56,085 nucleotides of DNA from an uncultured Thermoproteaceae archaeon. GTDB taxonomy: Archaea; Thermoproteota; Thermoprotei; Thermoproteales; Thermocladiaceae. The position numbers and the translations under genes are program-made. The notes beneath the pieces were generated by a model that made no database searches, had not been told where the DNA came from, and worked only from the letters and a program-made list of their open reading frames with translations. The stretch is from NCBI GenBank assembly GCA_964575955.1, contig CAZNTG010000010.1, positions 1 through 56,085 on the forward strand, written 5' to 3'. This document shows positions 30,109 through 39,313 of the stretch, in pieces. Within the stretch, counting starts at the first letter, position 1. The number at the start of each line of letters is the position of its first letter.

Positions 30109-30159
30109 GTGATGAAGCTTCACCCCACTCAGATAAATGAAGAATCCTTTAAGTACTGA
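30109..30159 (+). ncRNA. Box C/D guide sRNA targeting 16S rRNA
   Basis: GTGATGA agcttcaccccact CAGA taa ATGAAGA atcctttaagta CTGA. The D guide is complementary to conserved archaeal 16S ACUUAAAGGA. Confidence 0.85.
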
Positions 30160-30854
30160 TGAAGATTGAAAAACCTGGAACAAGAAGAGTAGTATACTAT
30201 ACTGAGGAGAGATGGAGAATATTTAAAGAGAAGAGAATTGAAGCTTACAAATTATTGAAAATTCTAAAAAACTATCAACCAATAATATATGGATCTATAG
30301 CTAGAGGAGATGTTAATAAGGATAGTGATATTGATATAGTACTTCTAAATACAACATCATACTCAATAGTAAGGTATGTGTTAGAGTCTGAAGGTTATAA
30401 GATATTTAACGTAGAGCTAGTTCAAGCAACACCAAAAACAACACCTAGATTATGCGTATATCTAGATATTGAAGAGAAGATATGTATATCAATACCACTA
30501 TCGAAACTTCAAAAGAATGAAGAAGAATTTTATAAATATTCAGGAATGTTAACATATGATGATATTGTTAAGAATATGTATATTAGAGTTCCAGGTGTTA
30601 ATAAAAGATTGATGTTAATAATACCTACAGACTTTGGACATATTGAGGAAAGTATTATTGGTAGAGAATATGAAGTTTCAAAAATATTAAATGTAGATCC
30701 ATCAATAATTTTTGAAAGAGAGAAAATGTTAATTAAAAGATCTGAGAAAGGTAGAACAGGTCTCTATATAAGAATATCTATAAATCCTGAAGATTCTGTA
30801 GAAGAAGTTGTTAGGAGAATATTGGAGAGAAAATTGAGAAGAGTGTATCAATGA
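30159..30854 (+). CDS. Archaeal Pol-beta-like nucleotidyltransferase (COG2413-like)
   Basis: YGSIARGDV..DSDIDI, QATP, RVPGVNKRL, GRTG. Confidence 0.85.
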   Translation: MKIEKPGTRRVVYYTEERWRIFKEKRIEAYKLLKILKNYQPIIYGSIARGDVNKDSDIDIVLLNTTSYSIVRYVLESEGYKIFNVELVQATPKTTPRLCVYLDIEEKICISIPLSKLQKNEEEFYKYSGMLTYDDIVKNMYIRVPGVNKRLMLIIPTDFGHIEESIIGREYEVSKILNVDPSIIFEREKMLIKRSEKGRTGLYIRISINPEDSVEEVVRRILERKLRRVYQ

Positions 30855-30966
30855 TATACTTAGCAGTATAATACATATCTAATACCTATTTACCACATTA
30901 GTTCATGAATAATCTTCTAAGTAGAATGTTTTATAATTATCAATAGCGAAGAGTCTTAGGAGAGGT

Positions 30967-31143
30967 ATGTGTAGGTTTACAGTTGTTCTCGATGGTGAAA
31001 TTGTTGCAAAGGAGATTATTAGAGTTGTTAAGGAAGGTGATACATTGAAACTATTTGACACTTCAGGAAATGTTAAAACTGTGTCGGGCGTATACGTTAA
31101 GGAGATTGATACAGCAACTGAAAGGATAATTCTAGGTAGGTAG
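30967..31143 (+). CDS. cooT: CooT-family nickel-binding protein (58 aa; below ORF-track cutoff)
   Basis: MCRFTVVLDGEIVAKEIIRVVKEGDTLKLFDTSGNVKTVSGVYVKEIDTATERIILGR. Has Cys2, an all-beta pattern, GAGG upstream, and precedes cooC. Confidence 0.78.
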   Translation: MCRFTVVLDGEIVAKEIIRVVKEGDTLKLFDTSGNVKTVSGVYVKEIDTATERIILGR

Positions 31144-31195
31144 TTAAGTATTTTAAACTAAGAAACTTTTTCTAACATTTCAATACTTTCTAATT

Positions 31196-31996
31196 GTGAG
31201 TCTTCAAATTCTAGCTCCAAGAACTAGACAAGCTATTAAACGTAAGGCTATTGTTGTAAGTATTGCTGGTAAGGGTGGTGTTGGAAAGACAACAATTACT
31301 GCACTAATGTTGAAAGCTTTGATAGAGAATACTGATAAGTATATACTTGTAGTTGATGCTGATCCTGTAACAAATTTACCAAATGTCTTAGGAATTAGAG
31401 AATATACAACTGTTGGTGATGTTATTGAAGAATTGAGAGAGAGAATGGAGAGAGGTGAAGTTCAGTCATTACCTCCAGAGATATTTGACATGTATATACA
31501 GGACACGATAGTTGAATGTGATAAGTATGATCTACTAGTTATGGGTAGAACTGAAGGTAAGGGATGTTATTGTTATGTTAATGCCGTTCTTAGAGGTATA
31601 ATACAGACTTTAGAATCTAACTATGATATAATATTGATAGACTGTGAAGCAGGTTTAGAACATATTCAAAGAAGGGTTGATGAAAATGTTGATATATTAC
31701 TAATAGTTACAGATTCTTCTAAGATGGGTATTGAAGCATGTAGAAAAATATGTGAACTTGCAGATAAGTTAAAATTGAATATAAAGAAGAAGTATGTTAT
31801 AGGTTGTAGAGTTAGTAGTGTAGAATTATTAGAAAAATATGTAAGTGATATTGGTCTTGATGTATGCGGTGTAGTACCTTATGATCCAATAATTGAGGAG
31901 TACAATCTATCAGGTAGGTCATTATTAGAAATACCTGAAACATCTATAGCATATAGAGCTGTTAAAGATATCTGTAGAAGAATTGGATTAATGTGA
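31196..31996 (+). CDS. cooC: CooC/AcsF-type nickel-insertion ATPase
   Basis: GKGGVGKTT, VDADP..NL, GCYC metal motif, DCEAGLEH. Confidence 0.88.
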   Translation: MSLQILAPRTRQAIKRKAIVVSIAGKGGVGKTTITALMLKALIENTDKYILVVDADPVTNLPNVLGIREYTTVGDVIEELRERMERGEVQSLPPEIFDMYIQDTIVECDKYDLLVMGRTEGKGCYCYVNAVLRGIIQTLESNYDIILIDCEAGLEHIQRRVDENVDILLIVTDSSKMGIEACRKICELADKLKLNIKKKYVIGCRVSSVELLEKYVSDIGLDVCGVVPYDPIIEEYNLSGRSLLEIPETSIAYRAVKDICRRIGLM

Positions 31997-33187
31997 TTAT
32001 GGTGGTGTTGGTCTAACAAGATCTAGAGGTAGATTAAGCTTTCTCGAAATATTAGCTAGATGTTTAAGATATTTTACAAGTGTATAATCTCTACACCTCT
32101 TAATATAATCTACAACAGACTGCAATATTGTTAATACATCATCGTAAACCTTAGGATCAACCTTGTACGGACTACCATCTTTACCACCAAGCGCAAATGC
32201 ATATCTTCTAGGATCGTGAGTTACAGGATCATTCCAATCAACATTGGAAGAATATATCAACTCTGCTATTAATGCAAGTGCAAGCATTGTATTTGGTCCT
32301 AACCCTTTAACTAGCAGTAGATCTTTAAAATTATCAACGTCTCTTGCCTTATCTAGAACTTTAAAATCAACTTTAAGCTTCAATATCTTATCAATATTCT
32401 TAACATCATTTATGTATGGGTTGTAGTATGTTAAATTGCAATTTAAGTATTCTAGAATGGTTTTATTTTTATTCTTTATAGATTTTAAGATTGATTTTAA
32501 CTTGTTAAAATCTCTAATAATTTTAATAGATCCTTCATTTACTATGTCTATTATAGTCTTCTGTGCGTTTAAACTTCTATCACTTACAAGATTTAATGCA
32601 TATTCATGCTTTATACCTGATATACCACTATGTGGATTTACTATGTATGTAGTATCCATATACCAGTGATATCTTCTAGCCATCTTCAAGTCAGGATTCA
32701 TACCTTGTTGAATTATTGTCCATGTACCATCTTCACCAACAATAACTACGTGATGATATATTTGATAACCATCTTGAAGTGCTACATTATCAACCTTAGC
32801 TACCAGTCTTGAAGCAATTTTTAAACTATCTCTATCTACATTAAAATTCTTAGGAAGTTTATCTATCTCTTCAGGAACTTTAATTGCAAGTTTACCTTTT
32901 CCTCCAAGAACTCTTATAGGTATGTCTGTATTATTTATAGATTCTCTAATTACTGCACATGTCACTGTTGTACTTCCTGAACTATCCCAATCCATTCCAA
33001 TTATGTTATTAAATGCTTGAAAGAATATTGGATTACTAAATCTTTCAATAGTTTTTCTAATACCAAACTCTTCAATCATCAATCTAATGATTAAATATGA
33101 AAGTCTTTTCATACGTTCAAACAACCATCTAGGAACATATCCATCATGTAGTGGTAGATCTGCAATACCTGAAATATTCACATACAC
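31997..33187 (-). CDS. DUF763 protein
   Basis: ADLPLH, GMDWDSSGSTT, AKVDNVALQDGY, QQGM, ARRYHW, GGKDG. Confidence 0.9.
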   Translation of the reverse strand: MYVNISGIADLPLHDGYVPRWLFERMKRLSYLIIRLMIEEFGIRKTIERFSNPIFFQAFNNIIGMDWDSSGSTTVTCAVIRESINNTDIPIRVLGGKGKLAIKVPEEIDKLPKNFNVDRDSLKIASRLVAKVDNVALQDGYQIYHHVVIVGEDGTWTIIQQGMNPDLKMARRYHWYMDTTYIVNPHSGISGIKHEYALNLVSDRSLNAQKTIIDIVNEGSIKIIRDFNKLKSILKSIKNKNKTILEYLNCNLTYYNPYINDVKNIDKILKLKVDFKVLDKARDVDNFKDLLLVKGLGPNTMLALALIAELIYSSNVDWNDPVTHDPRRYAFALGGKDGSPYKVDPKVYDDVLTILQSVVDYIKRCRDYTLVKYLKHLANISRKLNLPLDLVRPTPP

Positions 33188-33296
33188 TAAATCTCTCAGA
33201 GACTTATCAAACTATCCTCTACATAGTGTATACGTGTATCATACGTATACTTTAGAGAGAAAGTAGGATAAATTTTGCAGTTGAGATTTTTGATGT

Positions 33297-33659
33297 ATGG
33301 TAAATATCTACATGGGTAGAGATTCATGCTATGCAAAGTATGAGAAGATGTATGTTGCTTCAGGACCTATGGATTTTACTAGAGCTGCAGCACATCTATA
33401 TCTACATTTAAGAGATCTTGAGAGAGGTTGGACTTATGATCATGAATGTAGAAGGATTAGGATGGATGAAGAATTGTTTAAATCTAGAAGTAGGTATCTT
33501 GTTAAGATATGTTACGAACATACTAAAGATGAGAGAGAATGTGAGAGAATTAGAGAACTTGTTGAATATGTTATAAATAAGAAGAGACTTCCTGATTGGG
33601 CTATTAAGATTGCTGAATCTGCAATAATTAGAGTGTCTACATTAGAACAATTTTTCTAA
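33297..33659 (+). CDS. Conserved-looking hypothetical protein
   Basis: 120 aa with normal codon use; HLRDLERGWTYDH. Confidence 0.7.
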   Translation: MVNIYMGRDSCYAKYEKMYVASGPMDFTRAAAHLYLHLRDLERGWTYDHECRRIRMDEELFKSRSRYLVKICYEHTKDERECERIRELVEYVINKKRLPDWAIKIAESAIIRVSTLEQFF

Positions 33660-33697
33660 TTTTAAAAATGTTGATATTAAATTTTTATAGATATACA

Positions 33698-34771
33698 TTA
33701 TCTATCTCTCTTACCTTCAATAAATTCTTCAACCCATCTTCTAGCTACCTCAGGTGGTGCATGTATTGGTGGATTCTTAAATGCCCATGCACATAGACTA
33801 TATACTGGTCCTCCAACATTTCTATCTAATGCAAGTTTCATAATTCTCACAACATCAACCATTATTCCAGCATTATTCCATGGGTCATATACTTCTAGAT
33901 CAACTCTAATTCTGATTGGAACACCTGCCAATCCTGCAGCTTCTATTAGCATGTGTGCAATCTTCTTACTCTCTAGGAATGGTATGTATGCTACAGGTGC
34001 TATATATGCTGGAAATTCTTGACCTTCAGCCATCTTCAGTACAGCCTCAGTCTTAGTTTTCTCCTTCTGCTCTTTTCTATACATTAGGTTTAGGAAGTCT
34101 GGTGTACCTCCAATATTTATTTGATATGTCTGCTTTATCTTAACACCTCTAATATGGAGTAAGTGTATTATAGATTTATGTAGTACTGTTGCACCAACCT
34201 GATTTTGAATATCATCACCTGCAAGTGGTAATTTTCTCTCTTCAAACTTCCTAGGTATTTCAGGATGGTTAGCTATCATTGCAGGCATTGCATTTATAAA
34301 TGCACAACCTGCACGTAGACAAGCTTCTGCATATGCTTCAGAAGCTTTTTGAGCGCCTGTTGGTAAGTAGCTAATTACTACGTGAGTATTTGTTGATTGT
34401 AACTCTTTAACAACTTCCTCAATACTTGACTCTGTTACAGGTATGAACGTACCTTTCAACTGCTCTGCAACACCGTCAAGAAGTACTCCAGGCTTTACTT
34501 TAACACCTAGTGGTGCTACATCTACAATCTTCAAAGCATTGTTTGGATATGTGAATATTGCTTCTGCAAGATCCTTACCAACCTTTCTCTGATCAACATC
34601 AAATGCAGCTACAAATCTTATATCTCTGATAGTGTATGGTCCAACCTTCTCAAACACTATACCACTAGGTGGTTCATCTTTGGCAACAGCTTGGTAGTAG
34701 TAGACTCCCTGTACAAGAGCACTTGCACAATTACCAACACCTACTATTGCTACATTAATTGTTGTCTTCAC
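33698..34771 (-). CDS. ino1: myo-inositol-1-phosphate synthase
   Basis: GVGNCASALVQG, GDD..QVGAT, QINIGG..DF. Confidence 0.93.
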   Translation of the reverse strand: MKTTINVAIVGVGNCASALVQGVYYYQAVAKDEPPSGIVFEKVGPYTIRDIRFVAAFDVDQRKVGKDLAEAIFTYPNNALKIVDVAPLGVKVKPGVLLDGVAEQLKGTFIPVTESSIEEVVKELQSTNTHVVISYLPTGAQKASEAYAEACLRAGCAFINAMPAMIANHPEIPRKFEERKLPLAGDDIQNQVGATVLHKSIIHLLHIRGVKIKQTYQINIGGTPDFLNLMYRKEQKEKTKTEAVLKMAEGQEFPAYIAPVAYIPFLESKKIAHMLIEAAGLAGVPIRIRVDLEVYDPWNNAGIMVDVVRIMKLALDRNVGGPVYSLCAWAFKNPPIHAPPEVARRWVEEFIEGKRDR

Positions 34772-34836
34772 GAATGTTAATATGTTAGTACCACTTTTTT
34801 AAGAAGTATCTCAACATCTATAATGTTGAGAAGCTT

Positions 34837-35448
34837 ATGTGGATAGTATTTGAAGGACCTGACTGTGTTGGAAAAAGCACAATAATACGTAGATTATCAG
34901 AAAAGCTTAGAGATGAAGGTTTTAAAGTTATAACAACATCAGAACCAACAAACTCAAAGATAGGACAATTGATAAGAGATTGGCTCCTTAAAAATATGAT
35001 AAATCCACCACACATATATGCACTACTATTCACAGCAGATAGATATTACCACTACTACAATGAGATAAAGATGAAATTGAAAGAGGGGTACATAGTACTA
35101 CAAGAAAGATATAAACTATCAACAATAGTATATCAAAGCATGATGGGACTAGAAATAGAATGGTTGGAAGAGTTAAATAAATACCTACCTGAACCTGACA
35201 TAACAATAATACTAGATGCAAAACCAGAAACAATACTTCAAAGATTGAGAAGTAGATTAAATAGAGAAGTTTTTGAAAATTTAGAATTCATATCTAAGAT
35301 TAGAGAAGCATATTTAAAAATATGTAAAAAGAAGAAATACATACTAATAAATACGGAAGATGATATTAATAACATAGTTGAAAATGTGTATAGAATAATT
35401 ATTAAAAAACTAACAATCAATACTCAAGACCAACAACACTCCTCCTAA
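34837..35448 (+). CDS. tmk: Thymidylate kinase
   Basis: FEGPDCVGKST, SEP, LFTADR, ERY..S..YQ. Confidence 0.92.
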   Translation: MWIVFEGPDCVGKSTIIRRLSEKLRDEGFKVITTSEPTNSKIGQLIRDWLLKNMINPPHIYALLFTADRYYHYYNEIKMKLKEGYIVLQERYKLSTIVYQSMMGLEIEWLEELNKYLPEPDITIILDAKPETILQRLRSRLNREVFENLEFISKIREAYLKICKKKKYILINTEDDINNIVENVYRIIIKKLTINTQDQQHSS

Positions 35449-35932
35449 TATTTTCATAATAATGCTTTACACATCTAAACTCTGTAACAAGATCAGCAAT
35501 CTCTATAAACTTCATAGGCATATACCTACCTGTCAACAATACATTAACTCCTCTATTAAGAATCTTCTCAATTATATTCAAAATCTTCTCAATTGGATAT
35601 CCATACCTCTCAACTAAAACACCAACTTCATCTAAAATTACTAAAAATACATCATCAAGATTAGCATTTTCTAAATATGTTAATCCAATATCTGCATGTT
35701 TGATAATTTCATCTCTTGAAGATCCTAATCCAGGACCTGTAACTATGTGTACGATATTTTTCATATTTTTCAATATTGCGTATTCTCCAACATTGAGATC
35801 TCTCTTAATGAATTGTATTAAAATAACTTTAAACCCATGACCAATAGCTCTAATAGCAAGTCCTATAGCTGCTGTAGTTTTACCCTTACCATCACCATAG
35901 TAGACTAGTAGAAGACCACGTCCTCTAGACAT
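35417..35932 (-). CDS. cobO: Cob(I)yrinic acid a,c-diamide adenosyltransferase (CobO/BtuR)
   Basis: GDGKGKTTAAIG..RAIGHG, QFIK, ILDE, LTGR, ADLVTE. Confidence 0.92.
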   Translation of the reverse strand: MSRGRGLLLVYYGDGKGKTTAAIGLAIRAIGHGFKVILIQFIKRDLNVGEYAILKNMKNIVHIVTGPGLGSSRDEIIKHADIGLTYLENANLDDVFLVILDEVGVLVERYGYPIEKILNIIEKILNRGVNVLLTGRYMPMKFIEIADLVTEFRCVKHYYENIRRSVVGLEY

Positions 35933-35941
35933 AGCATATCT

Positions 35942-37393
35942 CTATATTAAATCTTTTACAAAATTAACATATTTAACATATCTATCCAACTTTTCTATAA
36001 GTATTCTATATATGTATTCTACACCATTATTTGAATACATAAGATTCCTATCTATAATTTTTGATAAGAGTTTCAAATTAAGTAATGTCTCATGTATAGT
36101 TGTTCCATATATCTTATATTTCTCATTTAGAGAACCTTCTAGATAACTTACATCCTCTGTATTTTCTCTAACTACCATATATAGACTTTCCTCATTATTT
36201 TTGATGGGCATTCCTCTATGTATTTTAAATCCCTCAATCTCAATATTGTTTATGGATGATATAGCTTTAACTCTAGCTACAACCTTTCTTGAACTATATC
36301 TAAATTCGAGATTTAGGAGTGAAAGACCTTTAGCATGTGTTGGTGTACCTGTCTCAAGACCTGTAGGATCACTAATCTTTTTTGATAATATTTGATAACC
36401 TGCACATATTCCAATTATGGGTATAGATCCTACAATCTTCTTAATTTTCTTATCAAATTCTAATTTCTTCAAATATTCTAATGCTTTAAATGTATTTCTA
36501 CATCCAGGAAGTACTAGTAGATCAGGTTCTCCAATTTCAGATGGTTTATATACAAATCTTATAGAGATCTCAGGATGATGTGCTAGTAGTGAAAATTCTC
36601 CAAAATTAGATATGTATGGGTAGTATATTATAGCAATATCTATCTTAGCATTTGGATTATATATTTTTGATAAGCTTACACTATCTTCAGGAAATATGTT
36701 TAAATCTTCTGATAGTGGTAATATAGATAGAACTTCTCTACCTGTCTTTCTCTTTAACCATTCTAATGCTGGTTCTAAAATTTTCGAATCTCCACAAAAT
36801 TTATTTATTATAAATCCAACAACTTTCCTTCTAACATATTCGGGTAGGCATATGTATGTTCCATATAGTGATGTAAATGAGCCTCCATAGTAGATATCTG
36901 ATACTAGTATTATTTTAACATCTTCAAACTTCTTGATAATTTCAAGATTTGCAATATCTACATCTTCAAGATTTGGCTCATATACACATCCTGCACCTTC
37001 CATCACAACTATGTCGAATTTTCTATTTAATATCTTGTATGATAGTGTGACTACATCTCTAAGTTTTTCAATAATTGTTTGATAATATTTTTCAGGTTTT
37101 GTGAAATATTTTGCTTCTCCAAGTACTATAACTTCACTTCTATTATATTCATATGGTTTTATTAATATTGGATTTATATAGCTTGTAGCTTTTATATTAC
37201 ATACCTTCGACTGTATGTACTGTATATATGCAATTTCTTCACCATACCATGTTGATGTGCTATTAAGACTCATATTTTGAGGTTTGAATGGTGTAACGTT
37301 TAGTCCAATATTTCTCAAATATCTACATAGTAGTGTTACTATTGTTGATTTTCCACAATTACTTGATGTTCCTAGTATTGCTATACAGGTCAC
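35942..37393 (-). CDS. cobQ: Cobyric acid synthase
   Basis: GTSSNCGKS, PFKPQNMSLNS, NPILIKP, EGAG, GICAGYQ. Confidence 0.92.
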   Translation of the reverse strand: MTCIAILGTSSNCGKSTIVTLLCRYLRNIGLNVTPFKPQNMSLNSTSTWYGEEIAYIQYIQSKVCNIKATSYINPILIKPYEYNRSEVIVLGEAKYFTKPEKYYQTIIEKLRDVVTLSYKILNRKFDIVVMEGAGCVYEPNLEDVDIANLEIIKKFEDVKIILVSDIYYGGSFTSLYGTYICLPEYVRRKVVGFIINKFCGDSKILEPALEWLKRKTGREVLSILPLSEDLNIFPEDSVSLSKIYNPNAKIDIAIIYYPYISNFGEFSLLAHHPEISIRFVYKPSEIGEPDLLVLPGCRNTFKALEYLKKLEFDKKIKKIVGSIPIIGICAGYQILSKKISDPTGLETGTPTHAKGLSLLNLEFRYSSRKVVARVKAISSINNIEIEGFKIHRGMPIKNNEESLYMVVRENTEDVSYLEGSLNEKYKIYGTTIHETLLNLKLLSKIIDRNLMYSNNGVEYIYRILIEKLDRYVKYVNFVKDLI

Positions 37394-39222
37394 GATTCTT
37401 CTCTCTGTGGTATATAGTAGTAGTATTCTCCAATTTCACGTTGCATTCTATCTAAGACAGATCCTCTCTTATTTATTCTAGGTCTACCAACTTTTGGTTC
37501 TCTTCTAAACGTTATATCTTGCTCTTTTAAAAACATGTTCATACCTTCTCTCAATCCTACAGGACCTACAGCTTTTCCATATTTTCCAGGTTCTCCTGAG
37601 AATACTATTATACAATTTGCTAAGTAGTCTATCATTGTTATATCATGCTCTACTATGAATGCTACAGCTTCTTTCTCTTCTACAATCCTCTTAATTACTG
37701 TTGCAACTCTAATTCTCTGTTCAATATCTAGATATGCCATTGGTTCATCAAGTACGTATAGTTCTGCATCTTTTAATAATGATGCTGCAACGACAACTCT
37801 CTGAACTTCACCACCACTTAATGTTCCTAATTCTCTATCAAGTATTGGTTCTAGATTAAGTCCTGAAGATATGTCAGGCCATGTTGGTTTTTCTATGAAA
37901 TCTCTACCTGCAAATTCTGCTAGAAATCTCCTAACAGTATATTCTGAGTATTTTACTGCAATATCACGAACATACTGTGGTTTATAGCTAATTCTAACCT
38001 CTCCATACGGTATTACAGTACCTTCATCAGGTTCTAACTCACCAACTAGAAGTTTTGCAAATGTCGTCTTTCCAATACCATTAGGTCCAAGTACTCCAAC
38101 AATCTCACCTCTACATATATGTCCACTCTCAACTTCAAGTTTAAAATCTCCAAGATTCTTCTTCAAACTTGTCCATTCAACAAGAATCTTCTCTTTACTT
38201 ACACTTCTTTCAGGTGGTGTTGTTCTAAATGTTATTGCTCTATCTCTAATAACCATATTTTCAACTGTTAAATATCCCTGTAAATACTCGTTAATACCTT
38301 CACGTGCTCCTCTAGTTCTAGATACGATACCGTAAGCTCCAGGTTTTCCATATAGTATCACTACTAGATCTGCAAGATAGTCAAGTACTGCTAAATCATG
38401 ATCGATAACTATCGTATATTTTCCTCTTTGAGTAATCTCTTTAATAGCTTCACAAACTCTCAATCTCTCAACAACGTCTAAGTGTGTTGTTGGTTCATCA
38501 AGAATATATACATCAGCATCTCTAAGTAATGCTGCTGCAATTGCAAGTTTTTGAAGTTCACCGCCACTAAGATGTTTAACATCTCTCTCAAGAATATTTT
38601 CAAGTTTTAATTTTTCGATAACAATCCTCAACTTATCTTCTCTATTACCTGCAATCTTCCTCAAAATATCTATAACCTTACCTTTAACATACATAGGTAT
38701 GAGCTCTATATACTGTATCTTATGTACTATGCTCAACTTCTTTGAATATAGTTCTTGAAAGTATGGTTGAAGTTCTGTACCTCTAAACTTCTTAATAACA
38801 TCTTCAGGTTTTACTTCAGAATCTGTACAGAAGTTTGGTAAAATCTCTCCAGAGAGTATTTTAGCTATTGTAGTTTTTCCAAGACCATTCTGTCCAATAA
38901 TACCTATAACCTTTCCCTGTTTAACAATTGGTAATCTAAATAGTTTAAATCCACTAACACCATACTGATGTATACAGTCTCTTCCAAGCTCTGTTGGTAG
39001 ATTAACTATTGTTATTGCTTTAAATGGACATTTTCTAACACATATACCACATCCTGTACATAGTGCAGTTATTACAGGTCTACCTAACTGCTCATCAAAG
39101 TATATAGCTCTCTTACCTGTTCTTGCAAGTGGACAAAATCTAATACACTCTCTATTACACTTCCTAGGTTGACATAGGTCTTTATCAATTACAGCAATTC
39201 TCAATCCTTCTCTAGATGACAT
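37390..39222 (-). CDS. rli: ABCE1/RLI ribosome recycling ATPase
   Basis: N-terminal 2x[4Fe-4S] Cys motifs, twin ABC domains, GRPRINK..S. Confidence 0.96.
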   Translation of the reverse strand: MSSREGLRIAVIDKDLCQPRKCNRECIRFCPLARTGKRAIYFDEQLGRPVITALCTGCGICVRKCPFKAITIVNLPTELGRDCIHQYGVSGFKLFRLPIVKQGKVIGIIGQNGLGKTTIAKILSGEILPNFCTDSEVKPEDVIKKFRGTELQPYFQELYSKKLSIVHKIQYIELIPMYVKGKVIDILRKIAGNREDKLRIVIEKLKLENILERDVKHLSGGELQKLAIAAALLRDADVYILDEPTTHLDVVERLRVCEAIKEITQRGKYTIVIDHDLAVLDYLADLVVILYGKPGAYGIVSRTRGAREGINEYLQGYLTVENMVIRDRAITFRTTPPERSVSKEKILVEWTSLKKNLGDFKLEVESGHICRGEIVGVLGPNGIGKTTFAKLLVGELEPDEGTVIPYGEVRISYKPQYVRDIAVKYSEYTVRRFLAEFAGRDFIEKPTWPDISSGLNLEPILDRELGTLSGGEVQRVVVAASLLKDAELYVLDEPMAYLDIEQRIRVATVIKRIVEEKEAVAFIVEHDITMIDYLANCIIVFSGEPGKYGKAVGPVGLREGMNMFLKEQDITFRREPKVGRPRINKRGSVLDRMQREIGEYYYYIPQREES

Positions 39223-39313
39223 AACTATATTCTCATTATTGAATTTGAGGTTAGTATAGATACTTTACGTATCATCACATTTAAAAGTCTTATAGAAATA
39301 TCAATATTGCGTA

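Noticed and set aside
30159-30854. Nucleotidyltransferase as CBASS or MNT-HEPN component
   Set aside because: Matches a conserved archaeal housekeeping-type family and has no adjacent effector or HEPN gene
39225-39280. Minus-strand GTGATGA upstream of rli
   Set aside because: No D' or D boxes
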